From: a virus
Taxonomy: Duplodnaviria; Caudoviricetes
IMG/VR virus record: IMGVR_UViG_3300002546_000070
Coordinates: 1 to 31,680 of that record
Reading direction: 5' to 3' (one strand)
DNA length: 31,680 bases
The translations under genes were made by a program, and so were the position numbers. The notes under the pieces were generated by a model. It ran no database searches, was not told where the DNA came from, and saw only the letters and a program-made list of their open reading frames with translations. Each line of letters starts with the position of its first letter. Within the stretch, counting starts at the first letter, position 1. Shown here piece by piece: positions 8,456 to 17,471 of this stretch.

Positions 8456-9103
8456 ATGAAAGAGCAGTACCAGCAAAAAGCAGCGGAGATGATTGGAAAG
8501 CGTATTGACCTGGACCTTAGTACCAAGGCCATTTCAATCGACGAGGAAAAGTTCACCGCCACCTTTGTTATGTCTACAGCCACCATCGACCGGCATGGCG
8601 ATATCGTGGACCAGGATAGCTGGATTCTCACCCACTTTGAAAAGAATGCCCCGCTCTTTTGGGGTCACCGGTCCAACGACTTCCCACTCGGCAAATGGCT
8701 CCGTGTATGGCTTGAACCAGACCCAGAGATGCCAGGCGAGAAGATGCTCGTTGGCGAGGCTGAGTTTGCCGTTGAGCTTCATGAAGACATCATGCGGGCA
8801 TGGAAGCATGTGGTCCGTGGCGACCTCAACATGGTCTCAGTTGGCTTCATCCCTCATGTCGTTGAATACGATGAAGGCCGTGACGCCTTTGTTCTTAAGA
8901 GCTGTGAACTCATGGAGTGTTCTCTCGTGGGTATCGGCGCAAACCGGCGCGCTCTCGTAAAGGACGTAGATGTAAAGGACACCCTCATCGACGCCAAAAA
9001 GGCCATTGAGGACAACCTTGGCCCTATCGACAACATCGAAGGTATCAGACAGCGCAATGCTATCAACCTCATCAACAAAGCCATCCGTCTCTCCCAAAAG
9101 TAA
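8456..9103 (+). CDS. HK97-family prohead protease
   Basis: DRHGDIV, LFWGH, PLGK, VSVGF, LMECSLVGIGAN. Confidence 0.9.
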   Translation: MKEQYQQKAAEMIGKRIDLDLSTKAISIDEEKFTATFVMSTATIDRHGDIVDQDSWILTHFEKNAPLFWGHRSNDFPLGKWLRVWLEPDPEMPGEKMLVGEAEFAVELHEDIMRAWKHVVRGDLNMVSVGFIPHVVEYDEGRDAFVLKSCELMECSLVGIGANRRALVKDVDVKDTLIDAKKAIEDNLGPIDNIEGIRQRNAINLINKAIRLSQK

Positions 9104-9160
9104 GCGATACCACTCTACCCCTGCAATGGGCGCTTTATTACAAAATTAGCATCAATTTTA

Positions 9161-10468
9161 ATGCCAAAGTTTTACAAGCTCGTCGGTAGTACAAAGTTCT
9201 ACTGTGACGAGAAAGGGGCGCTTGTCCTTAAGGATGGGCAACCAGAAGAAGTAGCAGCAGACGACACCGAAGCGGTGGACGTTGTGGACGGTACTAACGA
9301 AGTATCGAAGATGATTGGTAAGGCTGTTGGAGATGCTGTTGCAGCTTCAAAGACTGCCGTCGATGGCGCTGTTGAACACGCTACAAAGGCCGCAGAAGGT
9401 CTTGTGGATGCTCTTACCAAGAAGTTTGAAGGTAAGACATCAGAAGTAGCACTTCCAGCACAAAAGACAGCCTCATTCGACGCTGAACAAGTGCTTAAGG
9501 ACGCTGCTGCGCTCGCACGTACAAAGGGTACTGTCTCATTCTCATTTAAGGATGTCTCAGAACTCGCGTACCTTGCGAAAGGTACTGACCGAACCGACCT
9601 CACTGGCGTCGTTATTGAACCAGACAAGGACGCTGAAATCAGCCGTCCAGCAGTACGAACCACATTCATCGAGCAAATCGCGAATGTAGTTCCTACAAGC
9701 TCTGACTCTGTGAAGTACACAGAGGTTCTTAGTACAAGTGGCGCACCAGCAACAACCGCAGAAGCAGCAACTATCGGAGAGGTAGACCGTACATTCGGTG
9801 TTGTGAGCGTCGCAGTTCAAAAGATTGCAGGTATCTCAAAGCACTCAAACGAGCTTTTGAAATACGGTCCAGAACTTGTGGCGGTACTCCGCGACATGCT
9901 TGCTGTAGACCTCAACCTCGTTGTGGACAATCAGCTCATCAGTGGAAACGGCACAGCTCCAAACCTCCAAGGTGTGCTTGGTGTAGCGGAAGTGCTTGAC
10001 GCTACTGCTATCGGTACTCAACGAGTTGCCGGTGCCAACCTCTTCGACGTTCTCCGTATTGCGGTGACGAAGATTATGACCGCAGGAAAGGGCAAGTACG
10101 TACCAAACTACGTCGTCCTCAACCCGACAGATGCAGAAGAGCTTGACCTCACTAAGAACGAGACTGGAGACTACATCCTCCCATCTTTCTACTCAGCGAA
10201 CGGTCAGCTCATCAAGGGCGCTCGTGTTATCGAGAACACCGGTATCACTGCTGGAACCTTCCTCATTGGAGACTTCCGATACCTCAATGTCCGACCAAAC
10301 GGCGGTGTTGAAGTGGACTTCTCAAACTCTGACGGAACGGACTTCGCTAAGGGCATCGTCGCTATCCGTATGCAACGTTACCTCGCTGCTTACGTGAAGA
10401 ACAACGACAGCGCAGCGTTCATGACCGGCGACATCTCAGACGTAAAAGCAGCTCTAGTAGCAGCATAG
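9161..10468 (+). CDS. Major capsid protein (HK97 fold, N-terminal scaffold-like extension)
   Basis: Follows protease; KIAGISKHSNELL, QLISGNGTAPNLQGVL, VLNPTD, LIGDFRY, DFAKGIVAIR. Confidence 0.9.
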   Translation: MPKFYKLVGSTKFYCDEKGALVLKDGQPEEVAADDTEAVDVVDGTNEVSKMIGKAVGDAVAASKTAVDGAVEHATKAAEGLVDALTKKFEGKTSEVALPAQKTASFDAEQVLKDAAALARTKGTVSFSFKDVSELAYLAKGTDRTDLTGVVIEPDKDAEISRPAVRTTFIEQIANVVPTSSDSVKYTEVLSTSGAPATTAEAATIGEVDRTFGVVSVAVQKIAGISKHSNELLKYGPELVAVLRDMLAVDLNLVVDNQLISGNGTAPNLQGVLGVAEVLDATAIGTQRVAGANLFDVLRIAVTKIMTAGKGKYVPNYVVLNPTDAEELDLTKNETGDYILPSFYSANGQLIKGARVIENTGITAGTFLIGDFRYLNVRPNGGVEVDFSNSDGTDFAKGIVAIRMQRYLAAYVKNNDSAAFMTGDISDVKAALVAA

Positions 10469-10472
10469 TCGT

Positions 10473-10688
10473 ATGAAACCTGGAGACATCATTGAAAACT
10501 ACCAGGGAAAGTTCGCTAAGATTGTCGAGATTAAAGGCTCACGCTACGGCATCTCCGCTTGGGTATACAAGAAGGAGGTCGCCGCTCTCGAAACAATCGC
10601 AGTGGTATTCCTCAATAGTTTCGGATTGAAGCAGGTGCTTAAGCCAGAAGAAGCGAAGGCACCAAAGAAGGAGAAGAAGGCCGAATAG
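10473..10688 (+). CDS. Small hypothetical virion-module protein
   Basis: 71-aa ORF 4 nt after the capsid stop, followed by a hairpin. Confidence 0.7.
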   Translation: MKPGDIIENYQGKFAKIVEIKGSRYGISAWVYKKEVAALETIAVVFLNSFGLKQVLKPEEAKAPKKEKKAE

Positions 10689-10767
10689 GCTTGCAGGGGA
10701 GCGGACTTCGGTCGGCTCTCCCATCAAGCCTCTGAGCTTGGATTATAAACAATAAGACAATTGGCTT

Positions 10768-11205
10768 ATCGCAGCATTTAACAAGCTTCCGGGCTTCATC
10801 GAACACCTAGCAGAAAAAGAGCATAACCTTGGATCCGACCAGCTCGCCGTAGCACTTTCGAACACGGCACCAGGCTCAGAGAGCACCCCGCCAAACGGCG
10901 CAACCGCGAACTGCATCCTCGCAAACGTGACGCAGGTGGCATACACCTACGCATCATCTCGAAACATCACGACCGTATCCGGCGCTCAGACTGGTGGCAC
11001 GTACAAGCTCACCCTCACAGACCTCACTATCACAGCGACAGGTGGAGCAATCGGTCCGTTCCGATATGTGTATATTTTCAACGACACCTCGACCGGCGAC
11101 AAGCTCATTGGGTACTACGACTATGGCTCAAGCATCACATTAGCTGACGGCGAGAGCATCACTATCAACTTTGACGACACTAACGGCTTCGTTACCCTCG
11201 CATAG
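10768..11205 (+). CDS. Putative head decoration/spike base protein, 145 aa, apparently starting at ATC
   Basis: Open frame from ATC 10768 (xAAFNKLPGFIEHLAEKEHNLGSDQLAVALSNTAP...GPFRYVYIFND...LIGYYDYG..ITLADGE); in-frame TAA at 10753 leaves no ATG/GTG/TTG upstream. Confidence 0.7.
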   Translation: MAAFNKLPGFIEHLAEKEHNLGSDQLAVALSNTAPGSESTPPNGATANCILANVTQVAYTYASSRNITTVSGAQTGGTYKLTLTDLTITATGGAIGPFRYVYIFNDTSTGDKLIGYYDYGSSITLADGESITINFDDTNGFVTLA

Positions 11206-11219
11206 CATCTATACGACGA

Positions 11220-11253
11220 ACTCCCGGCTAGGTGCTGGGGGTTTTGCTATAAT
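11220..11253 (+). terminator. Terminator hairpin fused to extended -10 promoter TGCTATAAT (11245-11253)
   Basis: ACTCCCGGC-TAGGT-GCTGGGGGT then TTT running into TGCTATAAT. Confidence 0.65.
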
Positions 11254-11259
11254 CGAGTT

Positions 11260-12735
11260 ATGGCATCCCTTATAAACGAGGCTTTCACTGGTACCAACAG
11301 CACCCAAATCAACGGCTTCAATAGCTGGGTAGCATCACCGGCTACGCTCACTATCCAAGGCAACCGCGCCGCGATGACGGGTGACGCTCTTGCGTGGGCT
11401 TACAAGAGCGGTCCAGGATTTAATAAACGTGGAACCGCGTCATTCTTCCTCAACCGGTATCAGCCAGCCGCCGAGACTGGCAATCGTCACTTGAACTATT
11501 TAGTCATTGGTTCATCGAACATCTCATCCTCGACGAATTTTAGAAATAACGGCATCGGCATCTATATAGAGCGCTCAGACCGAAATGATACAACAACACG
11601 GCTTATCATATATGATGGCACGACGGCGGTAGTTACAATAGCCAACGCAAACTTCGATATTGATGCCAGCGTAGGCCTCAGTGTTTCTTTCACACTCAAT
11701 GCTGACGGGAGCGGGAGCTGTTTATTTGACCAAGCTGGGACAACTCATAATGTTACATGGACTGCTAGAACTTGGACTAACGGAGCCGGGGACTATCACG
11801 GATTTAGTCTAGAGTTTAATGGCAGCGATGGTACTGGAACGTTTACCCATCATGCTATCGACACCATACTCGTTGATTCAGTCACCGGCGGCTCTGGCCC
11901 CGCTCCTTTGGACGCTACTACCCAAACCTACACGCTCACTGGCTACGCAACCGGGCTCTACTACAACAGGAAGATGGTGGCAGCAGTCGCCAGCTATGCA
12001 CTAACAGGGAACAACGCGGTCCTAGCGAAACATACCCGCATGGCCGCAAGCACCGCTTCCTTCACGCTCACAGGGAACAACGCGACCTTCACTCGCCAGC
12101 TCTCGCTTCGCGCAGAGACGGCCAGCTTCGGCATCTCCCCTACTGACACCTCAATCCTCAAACATTCCGTCATCTTAGCAGAACCAGCGACCTACGCGCT
12201 CACAGGCTATGCAGCGTTCTTCCCTGTCGGGAGCAACCTTGGCGCTTCAACCGGTGTATTCACGGTGACCGGCAACGACGCCCAGCTCCTTCGCCACTAC
12301 GTGATGCCATGCGCTCCAGCGACCTTCACTGTTACCAGCAATGACGCTGTGACGGCCTACAACCGCGCCCTAGAGGCCGAAACCGCGGACTTTGAGCTCG
12401 ACACCAACGACGCTCAGTTCTTGCGCTCCTTGGCAATCCTAGGCGCTCCAGCGACCTATCAGCTCACCGGCAGTAACGCAGGGCTCGCCAAGCGTTTCGC
12501 CATCTCGGCGCAACCGTCGGCTTATGAGCTCACAAGCTCCCCGGCGCTCATTACACGAGGCTATTCGATGGTGGCTGGAACGGGGGCGTTTGTGCTCTCC
12601 GGCATCCCGGTTGAGTTCATCGTTGGTGCCCCGCCGATCAGGGACCCTTTCTCACCAGGCACCAGTCAGATGTCTCGCAGAAGCGGTATCTTCACCGGGC
12701 GCGATCCAATCGGCCAGCGAGCACCCCGCCCCTAG
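11260..12735 (+). CDS. Putative head fibre/spike: N-terminal beta-sandwich (lectin-like) domain plus 11 tandem 22-aa repeats
   Basis: Repeat consensus hxAxxAxF/YxLTGxxAxL, 11908-12633; T/A/G/S-rich; lies in the head module. Confidence 0.7.
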   Translation: MASLINEAFTGTNSTQINGFNSWVASPATLTIQGNRAAMTGDALAWAYKSGPGFNKRGTASFFLNRYQPAAETGNRHLNYLVIGSSNISSSTNFRNNGIGIYIERSDRNDTTTRLIIYDGTTAVVTIANANFDIDASVGLSVSFTLNADGSGSCLFDQAGTTHNVTWTARTWTNGAGDYHGFSLEFNGSDGTGTFTHHAIDTILVDSVTGGSGPAPLDATTQTYTLTGYATGLYYNRKMVAAVASYALTGNNAVLAKHTRMAASTASFTLTGNNATFTRQLSLRAETASFGISPTDTSILKHSVILAEPATYALTGYAAFFPVGSNLGASTGVFTVTGNDAQLLRHYVMPCAPATFTVTSNDAVTAYNRALEAETADFELDTNDAQFLRSLAILGAPATYQLTGSNAGLAKRFAISAQPSAYELTSSPALITRGYSMVAGTGAFVLSGIPVEFIVGAPPIRDPFSPGTSQMSRRSGIFTGRDPIGQRAPRP

Positions 12736-12750
12736 TGTTATAATCTTCTT

Positions 12751-13314
12751 ATGTCTCAGTATACGACCAAAACAGCGGTCCAGAACTACCTTCTCACCAA
12801 CATAGACACCTCTTTCGACACGCAACTGACTGCGTACATCGAGGCCATGAGCGAGTTCATAGATAGCCGAGCTGGCTACCCCATCTTCGTGGAAGACGAA
12901 ACCACTCGCCTCTATGACGGCAACGGCCAAAGTTCTCTCTGCATCAACCCGGTCCATACCATCACTGAGGTTCTAGTAGACACCGTTGCACCGAGCGAGA
13001 CGATCCTTCTTAAAGGACCGTACAACAACGACATCAAAACCACTTTGCTGCTGAAATCGGGCGTCTTCACTGAGGATTTTGCCAATGTCTCAGTGACCGG
13101 GATGCACTGTCTAGCTGCCACTCTTCCAGAGAAGATAACGTGGGCGTGCACCGTGCTCGTGGCGGGCATCGTCAACCAGGTGAACAACCAGACCGAGGGC
13201 GTGCAGTCTGAGAAGGTGGGCGAGTACCAGGTGACCTACCGCGACAGCAAAGAGCGCAACGACTACAAGCTCGCTATGGATATTATTGATAGCTACCGAC
13301 GCATAACCTTCTAA
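12751..13314 (+). CDS. Head-tail connector/adaptor (gp6-like)
   Basis: YTTKTAVQNYL, SEFIDS, RLYDGNG, SEKVGEYQVTY; synteny. Confidence 0.75.
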   Translation: MSQYTTKTAVQNYLLTNIDTSFDTQLTAYIEAMSEFIDSRAGYPIFVEDETTRLYDGNGQSSLCINPVHTITEVLVDTVAPSETILLKGPYNNDIKTTLLLKSGVFTEDFANVSVTGMHCLAATLPEKITWACTVLVAGIVNQVNNQTEGVQSEKVGEYQVTYRDSKERNDYKLAMDIIDSYRRITF

Positions 13315-13316
13315 CC

Positions 13317-13613
13317 ATGCTTGCCGACCACCTCAGAGATACAGTGACCATCTCACGCAAGACCGTGACAGGAAACATGACCACCTATGCTCAGGTAGGG
13401 GATATTTCGGCGCACATCCAGCCTATCGATGACAGTTTCTCCAGCGATGCGATGGGGCGAACACAGAAAGCCTATCGGCTGTTTTCCACATCTGAGGTCC
13501 GTATCGGTGACCGTATAGAAGACCAAGACGGCAACAAGTACGAATGCTCTGGCTCTCTTCGCCACACCTTCCGATCCAAGAGCCATTATGAGGCTACGCT
13601 TCGTGGCGTATGA
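13317..13613 (+). CDS. Head closure protein
   Basis: DTVTISR...AHIQP...VRIGDRI; synteny. Confidence 0.7.
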   Translation: MLADHLRDTVTISRKTVTGNMTTYAQVGDISAHIQPIDDSFSSDAMGRTQKAYRLFSTSEVRIGDRIEDQDGNKYECSGSLRHTFRSKSHYEATLRGV

Positions 13614-13972
13614 GGATAGAGCTAGATGTTGATGCAGTAGTCCTCCAGGGCTTCTTAAAGCGTTATCCCCAAGCAACCGCCAAGAGTATCGATATTTTCC
13701 GTGACCGTGTGGGGTACAAGCTTGAAAACGAATCCAGGAAACTAGCGCCAGCCGTCACTGGAAACCTTCGCCGTCAAATCTACTACTACCGAGGTCGAGC
13801 AGGCGCAATGCTGTACTCATACGCTGAGTACTCGAAGTACGTCCACGGACAGCCGTACTACAAAAACAAAATTAAACGCAAGGAGACACCGTTCTTCAAT
13901 CGAGCGCTCAAGAACCAGCGTTCATTTATCAAGGACGAATCCCGCGACATTCTCAAGCGGGTGCTAAAATAG
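13610..13972 (+). CDS. HK97 gp10-like tail completion/neck protein
   Basis: APAVTGNLRRQI, EYSKYVH, PFFNRAL. Confidence 0.75.
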   Translation: MRIELDVDAVVLQGFLKRYPQATAKSIDIFRDRVGYKLENESRKLAPAVTGNLRRQIYYYRGRAGAMLYSYAEYSKYVHGQPYYKNKIKRKETPFFNRALKNQRSFIKDESRDILKRVLK

Positions 13973-13978
13973 CAATAT

Positions 13979-14413
13979 ATGGCATATCTACCCGAGGACA
14001 TTCGCACCGCAATCATCACCCGCATTGAAGCGGTATCGACTACTCAATCCAGCTTTTATCGCGCCCCATCGCCAGCTTTAGACGCTACCTGGCCAGCTTT
14101 TATCCTCGAATATGCGGATAATGAGAACGTGTGGGCAGGCTCAAAGAGCAACAAGTACACCTTCGCATTCAATCTATACATCGCATACATCTTTGACCCC
14201 GCCGACGAAGCCAGCATCGAGCTTGCCGAAAAAGCCATCTCCGATAGTATCGGCCACTTGCAGGAGGTCGTATTTGTAGACCCAGGCTGTCTCGATTTAC
14301 CCTCTGGCTGGGTATATATATCAGATACCTCATGGGGGTACGGTGGCACCGAGAGCGCACCGCTCCGCATGGCTTCTATGCAGGTACAAGTCACGGTACA
14401 CAAAGACCGATAG
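13979..14413 (+). CDS. Putative tail terminator protein
   Basis: Synteny before tail tube; WPAFIL motif; 144 aa. Confidence 0.6.
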   Translation: MAYLPEDIRTAIITRIEAVSTTQSSFYRAPSPALDATWPAFILEYADNENVWAGSKSNKYTFAFNLYIAYIFDPADEASIELAEKAISDSIGHLQEVVFVDPGCLDLPSGWVYISDTSWGYGGTESAPLRMASMQVQVTVHKDR

Positions 14414-14428
14414 TGCTATAATTCACGT

Positions 14429-14602
14429 ATGAAGAAAGCAAACATCGAAACAAGGACGGAAGGGGTAACGAAGGACATGGCTCCCGAAGGGGAGCGTGTG
14501 CAGAAGTACCACATCCCCTCTTTGGGAATGACCGTTGAAGCGAAATCGCTCAGCGAAGCTTTGGTGAAAGCAAAGGAGATTATTAAAGAAAATAGCAAGT
14601 AA
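14429..14602 (+). CDS. 57-aa hypothetical protein (MKKANIETRTEG...VEAKSLSEALVKAKEIIKENSK)
   Basis: Fills the gap; TGCTATAAT 6 nt upstream; not in ORF track. Confidence 0.7.
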   Translation: MKKANIETRTEGVTKDMAPEGERVQKYHIPSLGMTVEAKSLSEALVKAKEIIKENSK

Positions 14603-14605
14603 CAT

Positions 14606-15598
14606 ATGACATTAGTACGAGGTGAACAATACGCGGTAGGAGTGGCGGTAGAAGCAACCCCTGGCAGTTTCGCAGCCGCGCAAGACTATATCCGCACCCG
14701 CGAACCGGCCAACATCCAAACCGTCGTTGAAAAGGTGGACATCAAGGAAACCAAGGCCACCGGCGTCGCGTCGCAAGGCCAAGTGGTGACCATGAAGAAG
14801 GTGGAGGGCGATATGGCACTCAACCTGCGCTTCCGCACCATCGGCTACTTCGTCAAATCACTCCTTGGAACGCTCAACAGCGCAACCGAGGCAGGCGAGA
14901 CCGTCATCTACCGCCACACCGGCTTGCTAAACACGGACATCACCCAGCCAACGCTTTCACTCTCTCTCGCTCGTGGCGACTTCGACCACAAGCAAGTGGC
15001 TGGAGCTATCGTCTCCAAGCTCGCTCTCAGTTTCCCTGTCGATGACCTCATCAATGGCTCAGTGTCAGTGAAGGGCTTGTCCGAAGTGACAACCACCGAC
15101 TTCACCGCTGCCTACTCAGACAACGATTATCTCGCCCCTCACCAGATGGTGACCCTCAAGATCGCGGACAACGTGGCTGGCCTTGGCGCAGCAACCGCAA
15201 TCGACGTGACTGACCTCTCTATCGAAATCGACCGAGGCACCCGAGAGAAGCTCAGCATCTCAGCAGACACACCAGTCGGCTTTATCGCCAAGCTCCTTTC
15301 AATTTCCGGCTCGTTCACGATGGACAAGACCGCTGATACCTACCGAGACCTCGCTATCGCGAACACCTCAAAGGCGCTTCAAATCAGCGTCATCAATACC
15401 GCTGAGGCTATCGGCGTTGGCTCAAATCCTGAGCTTACATTCATCCTTCCAAACGTGACCTTCACCACCTCAGAAACCCGACCGCTCGACGACGTTGTGA
15501 CCGAAGAAATCAACTTCATGGCGCACTACGATGACACCGAAGCGAAGGCTATCAGCGTCTCTCTCGTAAATGAGAAGGCAAACTACAACGCAGCATAG
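14606..15598 (+). CDS. Major tail tube protein
   Basis: VGVAVEATPG, QPTLSLSLARG, ISGSFT, ELTFILP; synteny before chaperone and TMP. Confidence 0.82.
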   Translation: MTLVRGEQYAVGVAVEATPGSFAAAQDYIRTREPANIQTVVEKVDIKETKATGVASQGQVVTMKKVEGDMALNLRFRTIGYFVKSLLGTLNSATEAGETVIYRHTGLLNTDITQPTLSLSLARGDFDHKQVAGAIVSKLALSFPVDDLINGSVSVKGLSEVTTTDFTAAYSDNDYLAPHQMVTLKIADNVAGLGAATAIDVTDLSIEIDRGTREKLSISADTPVGFIAKLLSISGSFTMDKTADTYRDLAIANTSKALQISVINTAEAIGVGSNPELTFILPNVTFTTSETRPLDDVVTEEINFMAHYDDTEAKAISVSLVNEKANYNAA

Positions 15599-15599
15599 T

Positions 15600-15917
15600 A
15601 TGGAGTTCACAAAAGAAATCACCACCCCGGTTGGTAATCATAAAGTCAGCTACAAGACCATGCTTAGTGTGGCGGAGCGTGAACGTGTAGAAACGGCTGC
15701 GATGCAGTTCATTCAAACTGACAACGGCACCGACTTTAAACTCACAAACACCGCCCAGGTGACGCTTGCTGAGAAGCACGAACTACTCAAAGTGTCTGTG
15801 GTATCAATCGACGGCGACGAAGCAAACTGCTTTGACCGCATTCAGAAGATGTACGATGCGGATGGCGAGGCTATCTACAAGGCTATTTGTGCCGAGCAAA
15901 AAAAAATGAAGAACTAG
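15600..15917 (+). CDS. Tail assembly chaperone (gpG-like); -1 frameshift extends it to TGA 16049-16051 (gpGT-like)
   Basis: A9 run 15898-15906 just before the stop; -1 frame reads NEELDLMGVAEICYFMGWDYWTFFRQPPTFLKAVIQLKNHGIQRKSKN*. Confidence 0.8.
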   Translation: MEFTKEITTPVGNHKVSYKTMLSVAERERVETAAMQFIQTDNGTDFKLTNTAQVTLAEKHELLKVSVVSIDGDEANCFDRIQKMYDADGEAIYKAICAEQKKMKN

Positions 15918-16022
15918 ACCTCATGGGAGTAGCAGAAATTTGCTACTTCATGGGATGGGACTACTGGACGTTTTTCCGACAGCCGCCGACCTTTTTGAAG
16001 GCGGTGATACAATTAAAGAACC

Positions 16023-17471
16023 ATGGAATCCAACGTAAGAGTAAAAATTGACGCGATTGATAATTCCAAAGGTGCTTTTGCTAGTCTTAGGGTCAATTTA
16101 GATAAAGTAGCGGACGCCACCGGCACTGTCCGGTCCAAACTCGACGAGCTGAGACCTACCTTTGAAAAGATGGCCGTCATTGGAACGGCCTCTTTGGCTG
16201 TCATTGGAGGCACAGCGCTCAAGACTATCAAGTCAGCAACCAATCTAGGGGAATCAATCAATGCGGTGAACGTCGTATTTGCTGAGGGCGCGGACGATAT
16301 TCTAAAGTTCGGCGAGAACTCCGCCAAAGCCGTTGGCCTCTCAACATCAGCCTTCAATCAGATGTCTGTCACCACCGGCGCACTTCTCAAGGATACCGGC
16401 CTTTCAATGGACGAGGTGGCTGAGAAGACCATCGAACTCACCCAGCGCGCGGCCGATATGGCATCGGTTTTCAATACAGATGTGGACGACGCAATGGGCG
16501 CAATCAACCAGGCGCTTCGTGGTGAGACAGAAGCCATCCGACGCTATGCAGGGGACGTGACCGACGCCACTCTCCAGACCTACCTACTCTCTCAAGGTAT
16601 CGAGACCAGCGTCACCGAACTCACCGAGCAGGAAAAGCGCCTCTATCGTGTGGACCTCATCATGGCTCAGACGGAGGTTACAACCGGAGACTTCGCCAAC
16701 ACCAGTGAAAGTCTCGCGAACCAGCAACGCATTCTCGGTGCTGAAATCGAAAACCTCTCAGCTAAAATCGGAACACAGCTCTCGCCGGTACTCATCAGCG
16801 TTGTGGATGCCCTCGCACCATTCATCGAACGATTGTCCCAATGGATTCAGGCAAATCCAGAGCTTACCAGAAACATCATACTAGTCGCGGGAGCGGTCGC
16901 AGGGCTTGTTGCTGCTATCGGCGCATTAAGCTTGGTACTACTTGCTCTTAATCCGGTTGTCCTCATCATTATCGGAACAATTGCGGGCATCAGTGCCATT
17001 GTTTTCGCAGTTCGCAATGTGATGGAGCAGTTCGGTATCTCTTGGGCTGAAATCTGGGAGGGCATCAAGTTTGCAACTCTCAACGCTATCGACGCTATGC
17101 TTGGTCCACTGGACGAAATTATTGAGAAGGTGGCAGACGCTCTTGCAGCACTGGCCAAGCTCCCAGGTGTGAAGACCGGTCTCAGCATCACCAAGAAGGC
17201 GTTCAAGTCCGTCACTGACCTTTTCCGAGCGGAAGGGGGTCCGGTGAACGCAGGACAGGGCTACATCGTAGGCGAGAAGGGTCCTGAGTGGTTCCAACCA
17301 AGCGCCAACGGCACCATCATCCCAAACAACCGGCTCGCTAGTGCTGGCGGCGCTGGCGGTGGCCAGACCTTCAACCTCTACATCTCAGGCACCTTCATGG
17401 ATGACCGAACCGCTGCCAAGCGCCTCTCAGACCAGATTATGAGCGACCTTAGAACCCAGCTCCGCCTATGA
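16023..17471 (+). CDS. Tape measure protein (short, 482 aa)
   Basis: VKIDAIDN start, RAADMASVFN, GETEAIRRY, GDFANTS, hydrophobic stretch, RAEGGPV...YIVGEKGPEWF. Confidence 0.9.
   Translation: MESNVRVKIDAIDNSKGAFASLRVNLDKVADATGTVRSKLDELRPTFEKMAVIGTASLAVIGGTALKTIKSATNLGESINAVNVVFAEGADDILKFGENSAKAVGLSTSAFNQMSVTTGALLKDTGLSMDEVAEKTIELTQRAADMASVFNTDVDDAMGAINQALRGETEAIRRYAGDVTDATLQTYLLSQGIETSVTELTEQEKRLYRVDLIMAQTEVTTGDFANTSESLANQQRILGAEIENLSAKIGTQLSPVLISVVDALAPFIERLSQWIQANPELTRNIILVAGAVAGLVAAIGALSLVLLALNPVVLIIIGTIAGISAIVFAVRNVMEQFGISWAEIWEGIKFATLNAIDAMLGPLDEIIEKVADALAALAKLPGVKTGLSITKKAFKSVTDLFRAEGGPVNAGQGYIVGEKGPEWFQPSANGTIIPNNRLASAGGAGGGQTFNLYISGTFMDDRTAAKRLSDQIMSDLRTQLRL

Noticed and set aside
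11908-12633. CRISPR array or DGR template/variable repeat
   Set aside because: The repeats are degenerate protein-level repeats; no reverse transcriptase, cas gene or identical DNA repeats are seen
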